Notes under the pieces: generated by a model
What the model was told of the DNA's origin: nothing
What the model saw: the letters and a program-made list of their open reading frames with translations, nothing else
Database searches by the model: none
Program-made: the position numbers and the translations under genes
DNA from: Octopus bimaculoides
Lineage: Eukaryota
Direction of reading: 5' to 3'
Assembly (NCBI RefSeq): GCF_001194135.2
Contig: NC_068997.1
Span: 47,088,644 to 47,152,643, forward strand
Length of the DNA: 64,000 nucleotides
Shown here: positions 50,982 to 64,000 of the stretch, piece by piece
Layout of the letters: every line of letters starts with the position of its first letter
Numbering within the stretch: position 1 is the stretch's first letter

Positions 50982-51712
50982 GCGCGTGTGACTGCGCGCG
51001 TGTGTGTCTACGGGTGTGTATGTATGTATGTATTACACTTTTTAATGCACCGATATCAAATGATGAAATAGCCAACTTATATGTATGTATGTATGTTGTG
51101 TGTATATATGTATTATGTAATACATAATACATATATACATACACGTACATATATGTATACATGTATGTTTGTATATTTATATATGTGATTTGCGATAGTT
51201 ATTCCGAAGCTATTCATTCTCATTTAAAATATCGCCTGGGTCATCCGTGCCTTTCATTTGTTCGTATTGATAAATAAAAACGATACTACAGTCCAGGACG
51301 ATGATTTAACGAAATTTGTAATAGTGTCGGACGGGATGTCATGTTCTATCTCTACATCCAATACATTGTAGCTGTATAGGAAAATAAAAAGCGAATAAAA
51401 TGGCGGTGACACCTCATTCAGGCGATGCGACTGATAGATAAGATCAGCAATGGCGAAATCATTGGCGGCGAAATTTCATGATTCTGTTCGAAGATCGACA
51501 ACGGTGAGACGACATGTCCCTACCTCCGAAACCCGGAGTAGATAAAATAGGGGACAACTGATGAAGGGAATGTTCTTTATGTTGCCTGTCGCGTTTATCT
51601 ATTTGTTTCTTTCGTTGTTCGAAAAAAAAAGTTCGTTTTCTATGCTCTCGTTTCTCATTTTGTTCACGATTTCTTAGGTGTCCGGTACCGTTATATGCAT
51701 GTATATATACAT

Positions 51713-51780
51713 ATATGTGCAGGTATGTACATATATGTATGTATATATATATTTATATTATTACATATATACATACATAT

Positions 51781-51822
<42 letters not shown>

Positions 51823-52125
51823 NNNNNNNNNNNNNNNNNNNNNNNNNNNNNNNNNNNNNNNNNNNNNNNNNNNNNNNNNNNNNNNNNNNNNNNNNNNNNN
51901 NNNNNATATATTTATATATATATATGTGCAGGTATGTACATATATGTATGTATATATATATTTATATTATTACATATATACATACATATACAAATATATA
52001 TATATATTTATATATATATATATGTGCAGGTATGTACATATATGTATGTATATATATATTTATATTATTACATATATACATACATATACAAATATATATA
52101 TATATTTATATATATATATATAGTA
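51713..52125. repeat. AT-rich ~100-bp unit repeated three times (spans a gap)
   Basis: ATATGTGCAGGTATGTACATATATGTATG...TTATTACATATATACATACATATACAAA at about 51713, 51922 and 52020. Confidence 0.75.
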
Positions 52126-52292
52126 ATACATTAAGCATGTTATATACATAAAGATGCATACATACATACATACGTAGTACGTATTTAGGTATATATGTAT
52201 GTATATATCTATATATGCATACAAAAATTCATGTGGTTATGTGTGTGTGCGTGTGTGTCTGTGTGTGTCTATGTTTGTGTCTGTGTCTGTGT

Positions 52293-52505
52293 GAGGACGC
52301 ATGGCCTAGCGGTTAGGATGTTACACTCACGATCACAAGATCGTGGTTTCAATTCCTAGACCGAGTGATGCGTTGTGTTCTTGAGCAAAAACTTCGTATG
52401 ACTCTGCTCTACGATGACTTCGATACCTGACGCGTGGCACACCGTGCACCTGTTCAGGCAACGTCGATTGGATGGAGGAAGAAGTGATCTAATGTACGGC
52501 ATGTA
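52293..52505 (+). mobile_element. SINE family C (tRNA-like head)
   Basis: GAGGACGCATGGCCTAGCGGTTAGG...GATCGTGGTTTCAATTCC...GATGCGTTGTGTTCTTGAGCAAAA. Confidence 0.7.
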
Positions 52506-52807
52506 ATTCTAATTACTATAAATCTAATTACTATAAATAGTTTGTGCAGGTCGTTCGGCAAAATCTGGACGTTCATACGTCATCCTCGACGTGAGAGTCT
52601 ATNNNNNNNNNNNNNNNNNNNNNNNNNNNNNNNNNNNNNNNNNNNNNNNNNNNNNNNNNNNNNNNNNNNNNNNNNNNNNNNNNNNNNNNNNNNNNNNNNN
52701 NNTGTATACGTACCGTCACCTCTCGCTCTTTTCCATCGATTCAATAAGCATTCTGGTTGCTTAGGATATACATATATATATAGCAAACGCACAAACATAT
52801 ACACGTA

Positions 52808-52845
<38 letters not shown>

Positions 52846-53651
52846 CACATACACACACACACACATATATATACACATCCATACATACCCTTTGTATATA
52901 TGTAGAAATTAATACACACACATAAAAATATGCATGTGTGGAGGCACAACATATATATATATAATTATGTATAAATATATATAAAAGCATATACACATAC
53001 TCACATACACACACACACGCACATATATATATATATATACTTATAGGTATATACATCCATGCACACATACATACGTACATACTACATAAGTAGAAATATA
53101 TATATATACATACACACATACATACATAATACGAACATAGGTACACATGTACAAACATACATACGTATATACAGGCAAACATACATGCATGCATACATAC
53201 ATACATACATACATACATACATACATACATTATTTCAATAGGTAATTAAAGTAATATTTCTTATAAAGTTTTTATCTTGATGGAAAACCTTCCTACCTCA
53301 TTAGATCGGATTCTTTGTTTAATTATTTTATTTACTTCTTTTTGCAGCTCACAAACAATAAAAAATTAATTACGGATTTTAATTACATTTTATTTGTGAG
53401 GTGTAAGTTTTGTCACAGAGAATATCTTAACGTAGGTATAAGAGCATGAACTGGGGCCAAGTGGTACTTTCGTAGGTCATATGACCTACATTGTCTTGTG
53501 CATACGTATATATAATTACGTATGTGTGTGCCTGCGTGCGTGTTTGTGTGTGTAGGTTTAAGCATACACATGTTGAAAACAACACGTTCGACTGGTTTGA
53601 CCTGAGGTAAATAAGTGCTTGGTCGTTAGCTTGAATAATTATATATATATT

Positions 53652-53758
53652 TGGAGCCTGGTGTTGCCATCCGGTTTCACCAGTCCTCAGTCAAATCGTC
53701 TAACCCATGCTAGCATGGAAAGCGGACGTTAAACGATGATGATGATGATGATGATGAT
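53652..53758 (+). mobile_element. Retroposon 3' tail ending in (GAT)n
   Basis: ...CAAATCGTCTAACCCATGCTAGCATGGAAAGCGGACGTTAAACGATGATGATG, a LINE/SINE-type simple-repeat tail. Confidence 0.55.
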
Positions 53759-54427
53759 ATATATATATATATATANNNNNNNNNNNNNNNNNNNNNNNNN
53801 NNNNNNNNNNNNNNNNNNNNNNNNNNNNNNNNNNNNNNNNNNNNNNNNNNNNNNNNNNNNNNNNNNNNNNNNNNNNNNNNNNNNNNNNNNNNNNNNNNNN
53901 NNNNNNNNNNNNNNNNNNNNNNNNNNNNNNNNNNNNNNNNNNNNNNNNNNNNNNNNNNNNNNNNNNNNNNNNNNNNNNNNNNNNNNNNNNNNNNNNNNNN
54001 NNNNNNNNNNNNNNNNNNNNNNNNNNNNNNNNNNNNNNNNNNNNNNNNNNNNNNNNNNNNNNNNNNNNNNNNNNNNNNNNNNNNNNNNNNNNNNNNNNNN
54101 NNNNNNNNNNNNNNNNNNNNNNNNNNNNNNNNNNNNNNNNNNNNNNNNNNNNNNNNNNNNNNNNNNNNNNNNNNNNNNNNNNNNNNNNNNNNNNNNNNNN
54201 NNNNNNNNNNNNNNNNNNNNNNNNNNNNNNNNNNNNNNNNNNNNNNNNNNNNNNNNNNNNNNNNNNNNNNNNNNNNNNNNNNNNNNNNNNNNNNNNNNNN
54301 NNNNNNNNNNNNNNNNNNNNNNNNNNNNNNNNNNNNNNNNNNNNNNNNNNNNNNNNNNNNNNNNNNNNNNNNNNNNNCTTCGCATATTATTTGAAGAATT
54401 TTCATTCCTTTCTTTTTTTGTTTAGTT

Positions 54428-54462
<35 letters not shown>

Positions 54463-55300
54463 CTTTGTGAAGGATTGTAAGGTAGGTAGATGCAAATCTG
54501 AAAAATTGTGTTTATGGGTGCTGAGATATATTCGATTCAGGAGTTTGATGGTTAAGGCAACAGCAGCCGAAGAAGAAGGAGAAGGAGGGGAAGAAGATGG
54601 AGGGGAAGAAGAAGGAGAGGAAGAAGAAGAAGATGAAGAAAGTTTGTTCTAGCAGGACCTTCACGTCTAACTGGGAATAAATATTATTTCTCGGTATTAA
54701 TACTGCTTATCTCGCTAATATATATATATATATATTTAACACGCTAACTGGCAAATCGCGACAGCAATACCTTTCTGACTTTCTCTATATCGCTAGCGGA
54801 GAGATGAGTTGCTATCACCGATGGAATCACGGAAGATCGAAATCACGTGATTTGGTGGTCTCTGCGTTGAAGTTCGTGGGGGATTTAACTCCCCCATGAC
54901 GTTATAACAATATAACAAAACCAAGCGTGCATTCTACACCAAAAGACCATATGAGGGTTTCTCTCATGGTATCTGCCGCACAATATATAAATATGTGTGT
55001 GTGTGTGTGTTTGAACATACATACAATCATAAATGAATATCTATCTACCTGTATAAAAACGTCAATTTCCAGAAGTGATATCATAGAAGATTAAGTTTAT
55101 TTAATTTACTTCAGTTTAATTTCCCTTCAACAATAGCATGACTAAATCGTATGAACTGAATGAAACCGATAGCATATTTTGGTGAACATATAAATATTTT
55201 CTTTCTTTCGTTCAGGACAAATTCCTGAAAGAATTTTCCTTGCGTTTTAATATAAATTTGCTCATGTGAAACCTTTTAACCTCTTAAGCTTTACAACAAC

Positions 55301-55331
<31 letters not shown>

Positions 55332-56210
55332 AACGCGCGCGCACACACACACACACATACACACACCAATATGAACTTAGACGTTAGCTTCTCCATAAAT
55401 TTCACTTCTATAAAAACGAAATTAACACTCGACTTCAGACATGAACTCTCATTCACAATTCATTCGGACATTCGATCATACTTTCCAGCAGGTTAAATGC
55501 TGATATCATTTAGTCTCAGTTCAGCCATTTTGCATAGACATAATACCAGAAACGTTCCGGCTGTACTGTGTCATCTTCCTTTCTATTTTTGTGTGTGTTT
55601 TACAACACATGACAGCTGATTTATGATTCAAAGCTTGCGAATCGGTACTTAAAAGATTGTAAGAGATTGCAGCCTATGTCGCGGTAGAAGGAACACATTT
55701 TTAAACATTTCATTTCGATCTAGGAAATGATTATGTTTTTATTTAATGTAAATGACAGTATTTACATAAAAGTCTTCTTTCTACTTTTGTTCTACTTGTA
55801 ACCGTATTTGTCAGATGTATGATGGGTGCGAATGTGCGCGGATGTGTGCATATACATTTATGTGTATGTATGTATGCATGTATGTAGGTATTTATGTGTA
55901 TTGCGTGTGCGTGTGTGTGTGTGTATATATATATATTTATCGATATATATATATTTATCGATATATACATTTATACCTATATATACATATATATATACAT
56001 TCATATATATGTGTGCATCTGTTTGTGTATGTGTCCGTCCTTGTGTGTGTATGTGTGTGTGTGCGCGCGCGTGGGCGTGTGTGTAGCAGCTAAACGATTG
56101 GAGGTTTGGTATCACATTTTTTGGTTACGGTCGTTTCAATAATATATCGGTCAGATATTTCATTTATCAAAGTGGGGACTATGAACAAAAAAATTAATTA
56201 TGTAATATTG

Positions 56211-56408
56211 ATTTCAGATTTTGGCACAAGGCTAGCAATTTCGGGGAAAGCGGTAAATCGATTACATCGATCTCATTGCACAACTGGTACTTATTTTATC
56301 GACCCCTGAAAGGTTGAAAGTCAAAATCAACCTCGGTGGAATTTGAACTCGAAATGTAAAGACGGACGAAATGCCGCCAAGCATTTTGCGTGGCGTGCTA
56401 ATGATTCT
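56211..56408 (-). mobile_element. SINE A, near full length
   Basis: ATTTCAGATTTTGGCACAAGGCTAGCAATTTCGG...GGTACTTATTTTATCGACCCC...GCGTGCTAATGATTCT. Confidence 0.85.
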
Positions 56409-56457
56409 ATATATATACATAGATATATATATACCACACTGTCACGGCTACGTCTAA

Positions 56458-56618
56458 GTGCAGGATTGGATGTGTGGTAAGTAGCTTGCTTACCAACGAC
56501 ATGGCATATGGTTCAGCCCCACTGTGTTGCACCTTGGATAAGTGTCCTCTACTATAGCTTTGGGCTGACCATAACCTTGTGTGTGGATTTGATAGACGGG
56601 AACTGAAAGAAGCCTGTC

Positions 56619-56658
<40 letters not shown>

Positions 56659-57284
56659 NNNNNNNNNNNNNNNNNNNNNNNNNNNNNNNNNNNNNNNNNN
56701 NNNNNNNNNNNNNNNNNNNNNNNNNNNNNNNNNNNNNNNNNNNNNNNNNNNNNNNNNNNNNNNNNNNNNNNNNNNNNNNNNNNNNNNNNNNNNNNNNNNN
56801 NNNNNNNNNNNNNNNNNNNNNNNNNNNNNNNNNNNNNNNNNNNNNNNNNNNNNNNNNNNNNNNNNNNNNNNNNNNNNNNNNNNNNNNNNNNNNNNNNNNN
56901 NNNNNNNNNNNNNNNNNNNNNNNNNNNNNNNNNNNNNNNNNNNNNNNNNNNNNNNNNNNNNNNNNNNNNNNNNNNNNNNNNNNNNNNNNNNNNNNNNNNN
57001 NNNNNNNNNNNNNNNNNNNNNNNNNNNNNNNNNNNNNNNNNNNNNNNNNNNNNNNNNNNNNNNNNNNNNNATGTTTGTATATGTTTGTGTGTCTGTGTTT
57101 GCCCCACCATCGCTTAACAACTGATGTTGGTGTGTTTATGTCCCCGTAACTTAGCGGTTCGGCAAAACAGACCGATAGCATACGTACTAGGCTTACAAAG
57201 AGTATGTCCTGGAGTCAATTTGCTTGACTAAAGGCGGCGCTTCAGCATGGCTGTAGTTAAATGACTGAAACGAATAAAAGAATA
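56458..57284 (+). mobile_element. SINE B, complete (5' half, internal (TA)n and gap, 3' half)
   Basis: Head 56458-56620 ends GAAAGAAGCCTGTCG, followed by (TA)n and Ns, then 57071-57284 GTGTTTGCCCCACCATCGC...ATGACTGAAACGAATAAAAGAATA. Confidence 0.8.
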
Positions 57285-57288
57285 TATC

Positions 57289-57448
57289 TACGACGGGCTT
57301 CTTTCAGTTTCCGTCTACCATATCCACTCACAAGGCTTTGGTCGGTCTGAGGCTATAGAAGACATTTGTCCAAGTTTGCATGTAGTGGGATTGATCTCGG
57401 AACTATGTGGTTGAGAAACAAGCTTTTTACTATGCTATCACACCTGCG
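57289..57448 (-). mobile_element. SINE B 5' half, inverted
   Basis: ACGACGGGCTTCTTTCAGTTTCCGTCTACCATATCCACTCACAAGGCTTTGGTCGG...CACACCTGCG. Confidence 0.85.
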
Positions 57449-57961
57449 TCTAGCTACGCCTGAATATGGCCGTAAGCATTGATTATGTAATATTAATTCA
57501 TATTAACAACAACCCATAGTGACTTCTTCATGACGGAATGACTAAATTAAGACGTGGAAGCTTGGGTCATTTCACCTATGTATTGAGACAGACAATCTGG
57601 TAGAATATCGCAATATTCCTGTAGCTCGGAAACAGCAACTCACAGACATACACATAAAGAACAATAGGTCACAGAGGAATAAAGTTAATGCTTATCATTT
57701 TATAAGATTAATTTTTGAAGCTGGGTTTTTTTACTTAGTGTATACATATTTAGAGAAGTGTTTGGTCGGAACAGCAAAGACTATTTAAATACCATTGTCA
57801 CTGCATAGAGATTCATAAATATACTGGGTTTTGTATATCTTGAGTAGATTCAAAGAATAAGAATACAGTAATGATTAAAGAGAGAAAAGGAAAGAAGTAA
57901 AGAAAAGAATAATGTAAGAAGGCATGAGTGCACACACACACACACACACACACATACACCC

Positions 57962-58008
<47 letters not shown>

Positions 58009-58962
58009 CACACATGTATGTATGTGATGTGATATCGCATGAAGTTGAATCATATTCAACACGTTGGAGTGCACTCAACCATGAGAAGGCATGTCACTGC
58101 TGAGATAGACCCAAGGAGAAAATTACCCTCTTAGATATCTGTAAAGACATAAGAAAGGGGTGTGAAAGATAGCAGTAGATTCGAGGACGCATGCGTTTCT
58201 ATTTTGTTTCACTTTGTTAACTTCAAAAACCTAACCTGTCTCCGTTAGCCCGGCATGACTGAAATTATTATTATTAAAATAGCATACGGAAAGTATGCTG
58301 ACATTCGTCAAACTTGATGAAGCTAGAATTAAATAATTGATGTCTCATGAAACAATGCTGAATGAAATATATACGGGTAAAGCCATATTCAACACTTTCG
58401 TGTCCATTCGGACGCGAGAAGACCATCACAGACTGTGAGTGAGTTATGATGCGAACCCGTATATTTAATTAGACACTGAACTCCGCTTAACCCCATTGCC
58501 CTATGTCACATTGTAGCACAGATCTCTAGAATTTATTTCTACGTCTCAAAACTTAGAAACGAATGTAAATCGTTCGGCTGCTTGTTTTCGCAATTCGATG
58601 ATCAAATAAATTCTTGATTCTTTATTAAATAACTTCACAGTATCGAAATTCTTCCAATTCACTGACGGTTCTAGAAGCAAAGATTTTTTTAAATTGTATT
58701 ATTTTACAATTGATAAATAAAACAAATTTATTCAACGATAAGATTGGATTGGCCAAACAAAGAATATATATGATTATTGCTTTCGTACAATAAAAAACTC
58801 ACTGTTAATTGGTAATCGATTCCTGGTTATCTCTATTGAATAAATCACCTGATATTTTTTGCTGTTCTTACTGTTATTTTTATTGTTTAGTCCCAGGACG
58901 GCTTTAACCAAAAAGATTTATGATGAAAAGCCGTGATTTTGATTCCTGCAATATATCTAGAA

Positions 58963-59122
58963 CGCAGACATAACAAAGTGGTTAAGAAGCTTGCTTCGCA
59001 ACCATGCGGCTGAGAGTTAGATCCGACAGCTTGGTATCTTGGGTATGTGTTTATCTTAACTTTGGGCCAATTCAAGCCTTGTGTGCGAATTTCTGTCGAT
59101 AGAAACTGAGTGGAAGCCCGTC
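58963..59122 (+). mobile_element. SINE B 5' half, decayed
   Basis: AAGTGGTTAAGAAGCTTGCTTCGCAACCA...CAAGCCTTGTGTGCGAATT...GAAACTGAGTGGAAGCCCGTC. Confidence 0.65.
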
Positions 59123-60634
59123 AAAAGGATGTAATTAGACAATCTTGTATTGATATCCTTTCGCTACACTGTTTCTACCGGAGAATGACTGCCGGATAAC
59201 ACACATATATCTGGAATACTCGGCAATTTCCGACGCTAAAACAGTGAATAGATCGGCGAGTTGATCGAAAACCTGAACACTTTTACGTCGAAACCAATTA
59301 GAAACTTTATCATCTTCATCTTAGCTATCGTCGTCATCGTCTTGGCCCTCATCCTCCCTCATTATTGACGTTGTGATCATTGTCGTCGTCGTCCTCGTCA
59401 TCATCATCATCATCATCTAGGACAACAGTAGGGAGAAGAAATTTGAAGGAAATTTAACTACTATTTTTAGCGGCTCACTTGACCTCGTAAGGGTAGGTTT
59501 TCTTGTTATTCGTTTAGAGGAGTAGGTTTTGATTATTGCTTTCTTGTTTACAGAATAAGTTTAATTCAGCGCCACAGAGTATAGGATCTCCGTCTACTTA
59601 CCACGTACTTTCTTGCATTTACCATATTTTGCTGCTATTAGCGCCAGCCTTGATAACTACCTTGTTATTATTAAATAATAACAAAAACGCGGTAGAGAAG
59701 TACAATTAAGGAACATACAAAAGAACATGAAAAAACACGCAATCAACGAACGCAGACATACTCAATCCTTTATCAGTCATCGACCAAATATTACAATTTC
59801 ATTACCCTCCGATAATATTGTTCAGTTTGACGATATTAGCAACATTAGATGCTGGGGTATAAATGAGCAGACGAATATGATGAGAAAAAAATAATAAAGT
59901 AAGGGCAATAACAGAAAAGACGAGGTCTGTAGATCGAAAAGTTAAAAGAACGAATTATGAGAAGAATAGGGGAAATATATAAAACGAAAGAAATAAGCAA
60001 GGAAAGTAACAGAAAAATAATAAACGACACAGAGAGATATACATGGACATAGAATGCGTTTCAACTATGCGATAGCAAAATTCCTTTCTTATACATTTCT
60101 ACGCCAAATTACTTGTTTTTGGTGTTGTCCTCATCGTTGTTGTTGGTAATTGTCCTCAGTGCGTAGGCTTCGCACATCACACTGTTTAACATCAGCGCCT
60201 GGCTATCGCATGTCGCGAAACTTAAACTTACTGTTACTGCCGATTTAGAGTTTTAGATGGATATCTTATGCCTTAGAAATAAAGAAATCGTTGGAGTTCA
60301 TTCATGTATTACTAATTATTTAAACTGTTCTGTTCCCGAAGACTGTGCACTTTGCATTTATTGTATTTCAAATTCCAGAGAGCAAAAGGTTTTAATTTTT
60401 TTGGGGCAGTCACTTAAATATAATTACGGCTTAGAGTAAAAATAGAACGTGTTCGCGAGAGAGATAGAAAGAAATAGAGATAGAGAAAGAGATAGATATA
60501 TAGTGAGAGAAAGAGAGAGAGGGACAAAGAGAGAGAAGGAGAACGAGAGAGAGAATGGCAAAGAGAGTGTTACCAGGCTCAACCAATCAAGATTTTATCT
60601 ATGACAGGGTACTTTGTTTCTTATTTATGACAGC

Positions 60635-60830
60635 ATGATGACGACGACGATGACGACAGACGATGATAACGACGATGCTGCTGCTGATGATGATGACGAC
60701 GATGATGATGTGGAGGAGGGGGAGTAGGAGCAGAAGCAAGAGGAGGAGGAAGAGAAGGATGGTGGTGGTGTTTTTCGTAGCGTGGTGTAGCAGTGGTGGC
60801 AATTTTGGTAATGGTGGTGCTGGTGATACA
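60635..60830. repeat. Compound trinucleotide tract (GAC/GAT/GAG/GGT)
   Basis: Direct reading. Confidence 0.85.
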
Positions 60831-61311
60831 ATGTTCAGGTGAAAGAGTGCAGGAAGCTGAGTCCTCTTTATTCCACTACACTTAACTGTTGTTGTTCATA
60901 ATAATAAAACTTAAACCCGATTAAGAAAGATGGAATATTTTTATATATAAAAATATTTAAAAGTTATTTTATTTGTAGCAAATGTGCTGTAACTATAAAG
61001 ATTTGTTTAATGGCTCGTGTATATGTGTGCCTATATAGCATATAAATATAATATAAATATAAATATATGAATGTATAAATATATAAATATTTGCATATAA
61101 GTATGTGTGTATATGCATATGTATATATATGTATATAAATATACACACATATACAGTCATACATACGCATGCGTGTATGTAAGTATGTATATATGTATGT
61201 ATGTATGTTCTCCTCTTTTTAATTTAGAATACATTTTGACCGACCACGGTACATGGTAGCAAGGTTTTAAAGAAAAACATCTTGTTTTAACCATCATTAC
61301 GGATGTATGTA

Positions 61312-61488
61312 AAGGCGGCGAGCTAGCTGAGTCGTTAGCACGCTGGACGAAATGCTTAGCGGTACTTCGCCCATCTCTACGTTCTGAGTTCAAATTCCGC
61401 CGAGGTCAACTTTACTTTTCATCCCTTCGAGGTCGATAGGGTAAGTACTAGTGAAACACTGGGGCCTTGTGCCTATAGTAGAAAGGAT
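61312..61488 (+). mobile_element. SINE A (internal deletion near the 3' end)
   Basis: AAGGCGGCGAGCTAGCTGAGTCGTTAGCACG...GTTCTGAGTTCAAATTCCGCCGAGGTCAACTTTAC...GGCCTTGTGCCTATAGTAGAAAGGAT. Confidence 0.85.
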
Positions 61489-61529
61489 TATGTATGTTTG
61501 TGTGTATGTATGTGTTTATATGTATGTTT

Positions 61530-61810
61530 GTCATTATTCAGTTTTCTTTCACGATTTCTTGCCAATAGAGAAAGAGCCGGTTTCTAACCTACATCCAATT
61601 CAATGGAATGTCAACATCAACAACGGGGTATTTTTGCATGCATGTATGTATGTGTGCAGGTTTGTATGTTTTGTTTTATGTATGTATTCTCATTTCTATA
61701 GTTGCATTGCATATCTAGACATGCTCATATATATTTAAATGATAAACTTCTGGAACGTTTTGCAGATTTTTACAGTTCCTGTGATGGATAGGATTTGTAG
61801 TCTTCGAATA
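61530..61810 (+). repeat. Dispersed repeat (family D)
   Basis: Homologous to 46140-46400 and 1648-1715. Confidence 0.75.
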
Positions 61811-62274
61811 AAACCCGAATTAAAACGAAATTAATCTTTACTAAAAGAAAAAAGGAAAAAAAGATGGACGGAATGTTTGCTTGAGTACTTAATGATTGAA
61901 GTTAGAATTAAATAAATGCTGTCGTACGAAGCAATGTCCAACACAAAAATATTCAAGATAGATAGATAGATAGATAAACAGTTTTACATCTATCTCTATA
62001 TATAATATATAAACATATATATATGTATATCTATATATATGTGTGTGCGTATATAATATGTATAAATATATATCTATATACATGTATACACACACATATA
62101 TATACATATATGAATACATATCCATAGACATGTATATATATATATATATATATATATTGTACACACGCACACACACATATGTATATGAAGAGAGAGAGAG
62201 AGGGTGAGAGAGAAAGAGATAAATACTGCTAGAAGGAATGATAAATAGATAGACAGACAGACAGAGAGATAGAC

Positions 62275-62308
<34 letters not shown>

Positions 62309-63093
62309 CGAGATGGAGTGTGACTGAGATGGAAAAATAAGGTAAAACCATTTAGACAGACAGATAAGTAGCGACAAATGTTATACAGTTTGAAGAAAAT
62401 GGGTCCTTCATTCTCCATAAATAAAAAAAATAAACAAATGTATACGCTCATATGATTGGTCAATTTCTTTTTAATAACAAGACCTAGATTTGTTTAGTCT
62501 GTAAATTGATTAGAAATTTTTCTCCATTGTAAAGGAAACGAAAATAGTTATGGCTTCGCAATGTCATTAAACCTACTTCCATCCTGGCATGCTACACAGT
62601 TATTCCATTGTCTCCAAATCTTCATGTGATAATTTATGGGATATCGGTGCAGAAGTTATGTGGTAGACAATAAATTGCTACTAAGTTTGTCAAAGATGTA
62701 GGAAATCTTAGGAAAGTTGATCGTCTGCTCAGTCATTTTATTTTTTCTCGTCTTTTGTGTGAAAATATTTTGTAGGAGAGAATGAAGTAAAGCCAGTGAT
62801 ATAACAACAGCGAAAGCAACAACATGGACATCAACAAGGAGCAGTGGCAACAACAATAATAATGCTTTCTGTTATTGCCTCGGGTGCAGAAGGTGGAGGA
62901 CTTTTTAATGACAAATCAACAAAAATCATGAAGGTTTCACATGAGAATAACAGAAAAAGACGACATATAAAAACAAGCTAACACATGCACGCACACGCAC
63001 ACACACACACACACACATATACATATATGTATATAGATATGTACATAGATATGTATATGTATATAGATATGTACATAGATATGTATATATATA

Positions 63094-63129
<36 letters not shown>

Positions 63130-63308
63130 CAGGGCACGATGGGTAAATTGTCACCATTTTATATTTTTAATTTCGTGCATGCGCATGGTTTGTTTTTAAT
63201 TTTATCGATTACACAGTATGGTAGGGTCAGTTGGGCACCGTCTGTGATAAAAACAGCACCATGACGCAATTCTCTTTGGCAGAAATTTGGAAACGACATG
63301 CTGTACTG
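63130..63308 (+). mobile_element. 5' end of the same Tc1/maT-like family as 46690-47376
   Basis: TA|CAGGGCACGATGGGTAAATTGTCACCA terminus. The ATG at 63261 gives MTQFSLAEIWKRHAVL. Confidence 0.8.
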
Positions 63309-63327
63309 TACTATATGTATATGTATA

Positions 63328-63360
<33 letters not shown>

Positions 63361-63370
63361 NNNNNNNNNN

Positions 63371-63400
<30 letters not shown>

Positions 63401-63403
<3 letters not shown>

Positions 63404-63512
63404 GTACTAGGCCTACAATGAATAAGTCCTGGGGCAGATTTGTTCGACTAAAGGCGGTGCTCCAGCATGGCCGCAGCCAAATTATTGAAGCAAGTAAAAG
63501 AATAAAAGAATA
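63401..63512 (+). mobile_element. SINE B 3' tail
   Basis: AGTACTAGGCCTACAATGAATAAGTCCTGGGG...AAAGGCGGTGCTCCAGCATGGCCGCAG...AAGTAAAAGAATAAAAGAATA. Confidence 0.85.
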
Positions 63513-64000
63513 AACGTGTAAAACTATACATATATAAAATGGTAATATAAACACGAATATTACTTCTCTGATTATGAAATCTTATGTTTAGTGCAAGTCT
63601 GCACTCGTCTGCGACATATGAAGACTGCAGTGAACAGACCAATCTGATTTTACTCTGTTGCAATGGCCAAGGTGACCCAGACACTAGTATGTTAGTTTGA
63701 AATTTGTCTTCTAACAAAAGAAAGGGACAATAAAACTGAAATTGCACCCATTCTACAGTGATGTGCTATACAAGTGTTTGAAATGGAATTTATGATACAT
63801 TATTTGGAAATAAATACACATCGATATATTCTGATCTGTTCCAGAGATGTAGTGTTCAATACCTCTGTATGTTTTTTTTTGTGGTGAGTAATATACAATA
63901 ATCTGATGCATATGCAATTTATAAATTCAATATGTATGTAAAAATATACATATTGGATTGTATTGTATTGCCCATGTTAAGTCCACTGCAAGTAGAAGGC

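Larger units (their letters stand above)
2479..63370. other. Many assembly gaps (N runs), mostly flanked by microsatellites
   Basis: Examples: 2479-2857, 6566-7504, 16164-16870, 22979-23669, 32363-33222, 53777-54378, 56659-57070. Confidence 1.

Noticed and set aside
51500-51600. GAAA...CTGATGA motif as a permuted hammerhead
   Set aside because: Stem I cannot form, and the GAAAC lies in the loop of a different hairpin (CTACCTCCG/CGGAGTAG). It may be a PLE-like end, but I cannot support it.
22036-52360. tRNA-like sequences at 22036, 34119, 38150 and 52293 as tRNA genes
   Set aside because: No complete cloverleaf or acceptor stem. They continue into repeat bodies or are truncated, so they are SINE-type heads.
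54555-54652. Acidic ORF (AAEEEGEGGEEDGGEEEGEEEEEDEE)
   Set aside because: A GAA/GGA low-complexity tract with no supporting splice sites or homology.
54840-54896. 14-bp palindrome AAATCACGTGATTT (E-box) and an adjacent 7-bp hairpin
   Set aside because: Short motifs expected by chance in 64 kb, with no promoter or gene context to support function.
63653-63691. Minus-strand peptide ILVSGSPWPLQQS resembling the cullin VLSSGSWPFQQS motif
   Set aside because: The similarity does not extend on either side and the donor site is weak. Probably chance; TBLASTN or RNA-seq would settle it.
1199-63747. Most ORFs in the six-frame track (YIYI, CVCV, THTH, LSIY, poly-X)
   Set aside because: They are translations of microsatellites or N runs, with no coding signal.

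Overview
AT-rich eukaryotic scaffold window with many N gaps (mostly at microsatellites), no recognisable intact protein-coding gene and no RNA gene. Nearly all ORFs in the supplied track are translations of (TA)/(TG)/(TATG)/(CTAT) repeats or of N runs. Repeat content and style suggest an octopod cephalopod intron or intergenic region (inference, from resemblance to octopus SINEs as I remember them). Contents: (i) three tRNA-headed SINE families, labelled A, B and C here, with about 35 copies or fragments, several in tandem or inverted clusters; (ii) decayed RTE-type LINE pieces (RT at 14.5-15.3 kb; C-terminal C2H2 finger plus 3' tail at 4.0-4.3 kb); (iii) a Penelope-like GIY-YIG endonuclease fragment at 34.2-34.6 kb; (iv) three mariner remnants and two pieces of a Tc1/maT-like element; (v) three rolling-circle-type elements: a Helentron-associated HINE-like element, a Helitron helicase tail with 3' terminus, and a putative non-autonomous Helitron carrying (TTAGGG)n; (vi) two clearer and two degenerate hammerhead-ribozyme-like cores, one inside a 364-bp-period direct repeat; (vii) two unexplained arrays: a 1.3-kb G/T-rich 7-mer satellite and a trimer of a ~205-bp unit. 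All TE translations were done by hand, identities are by eye, and no database searches were run.
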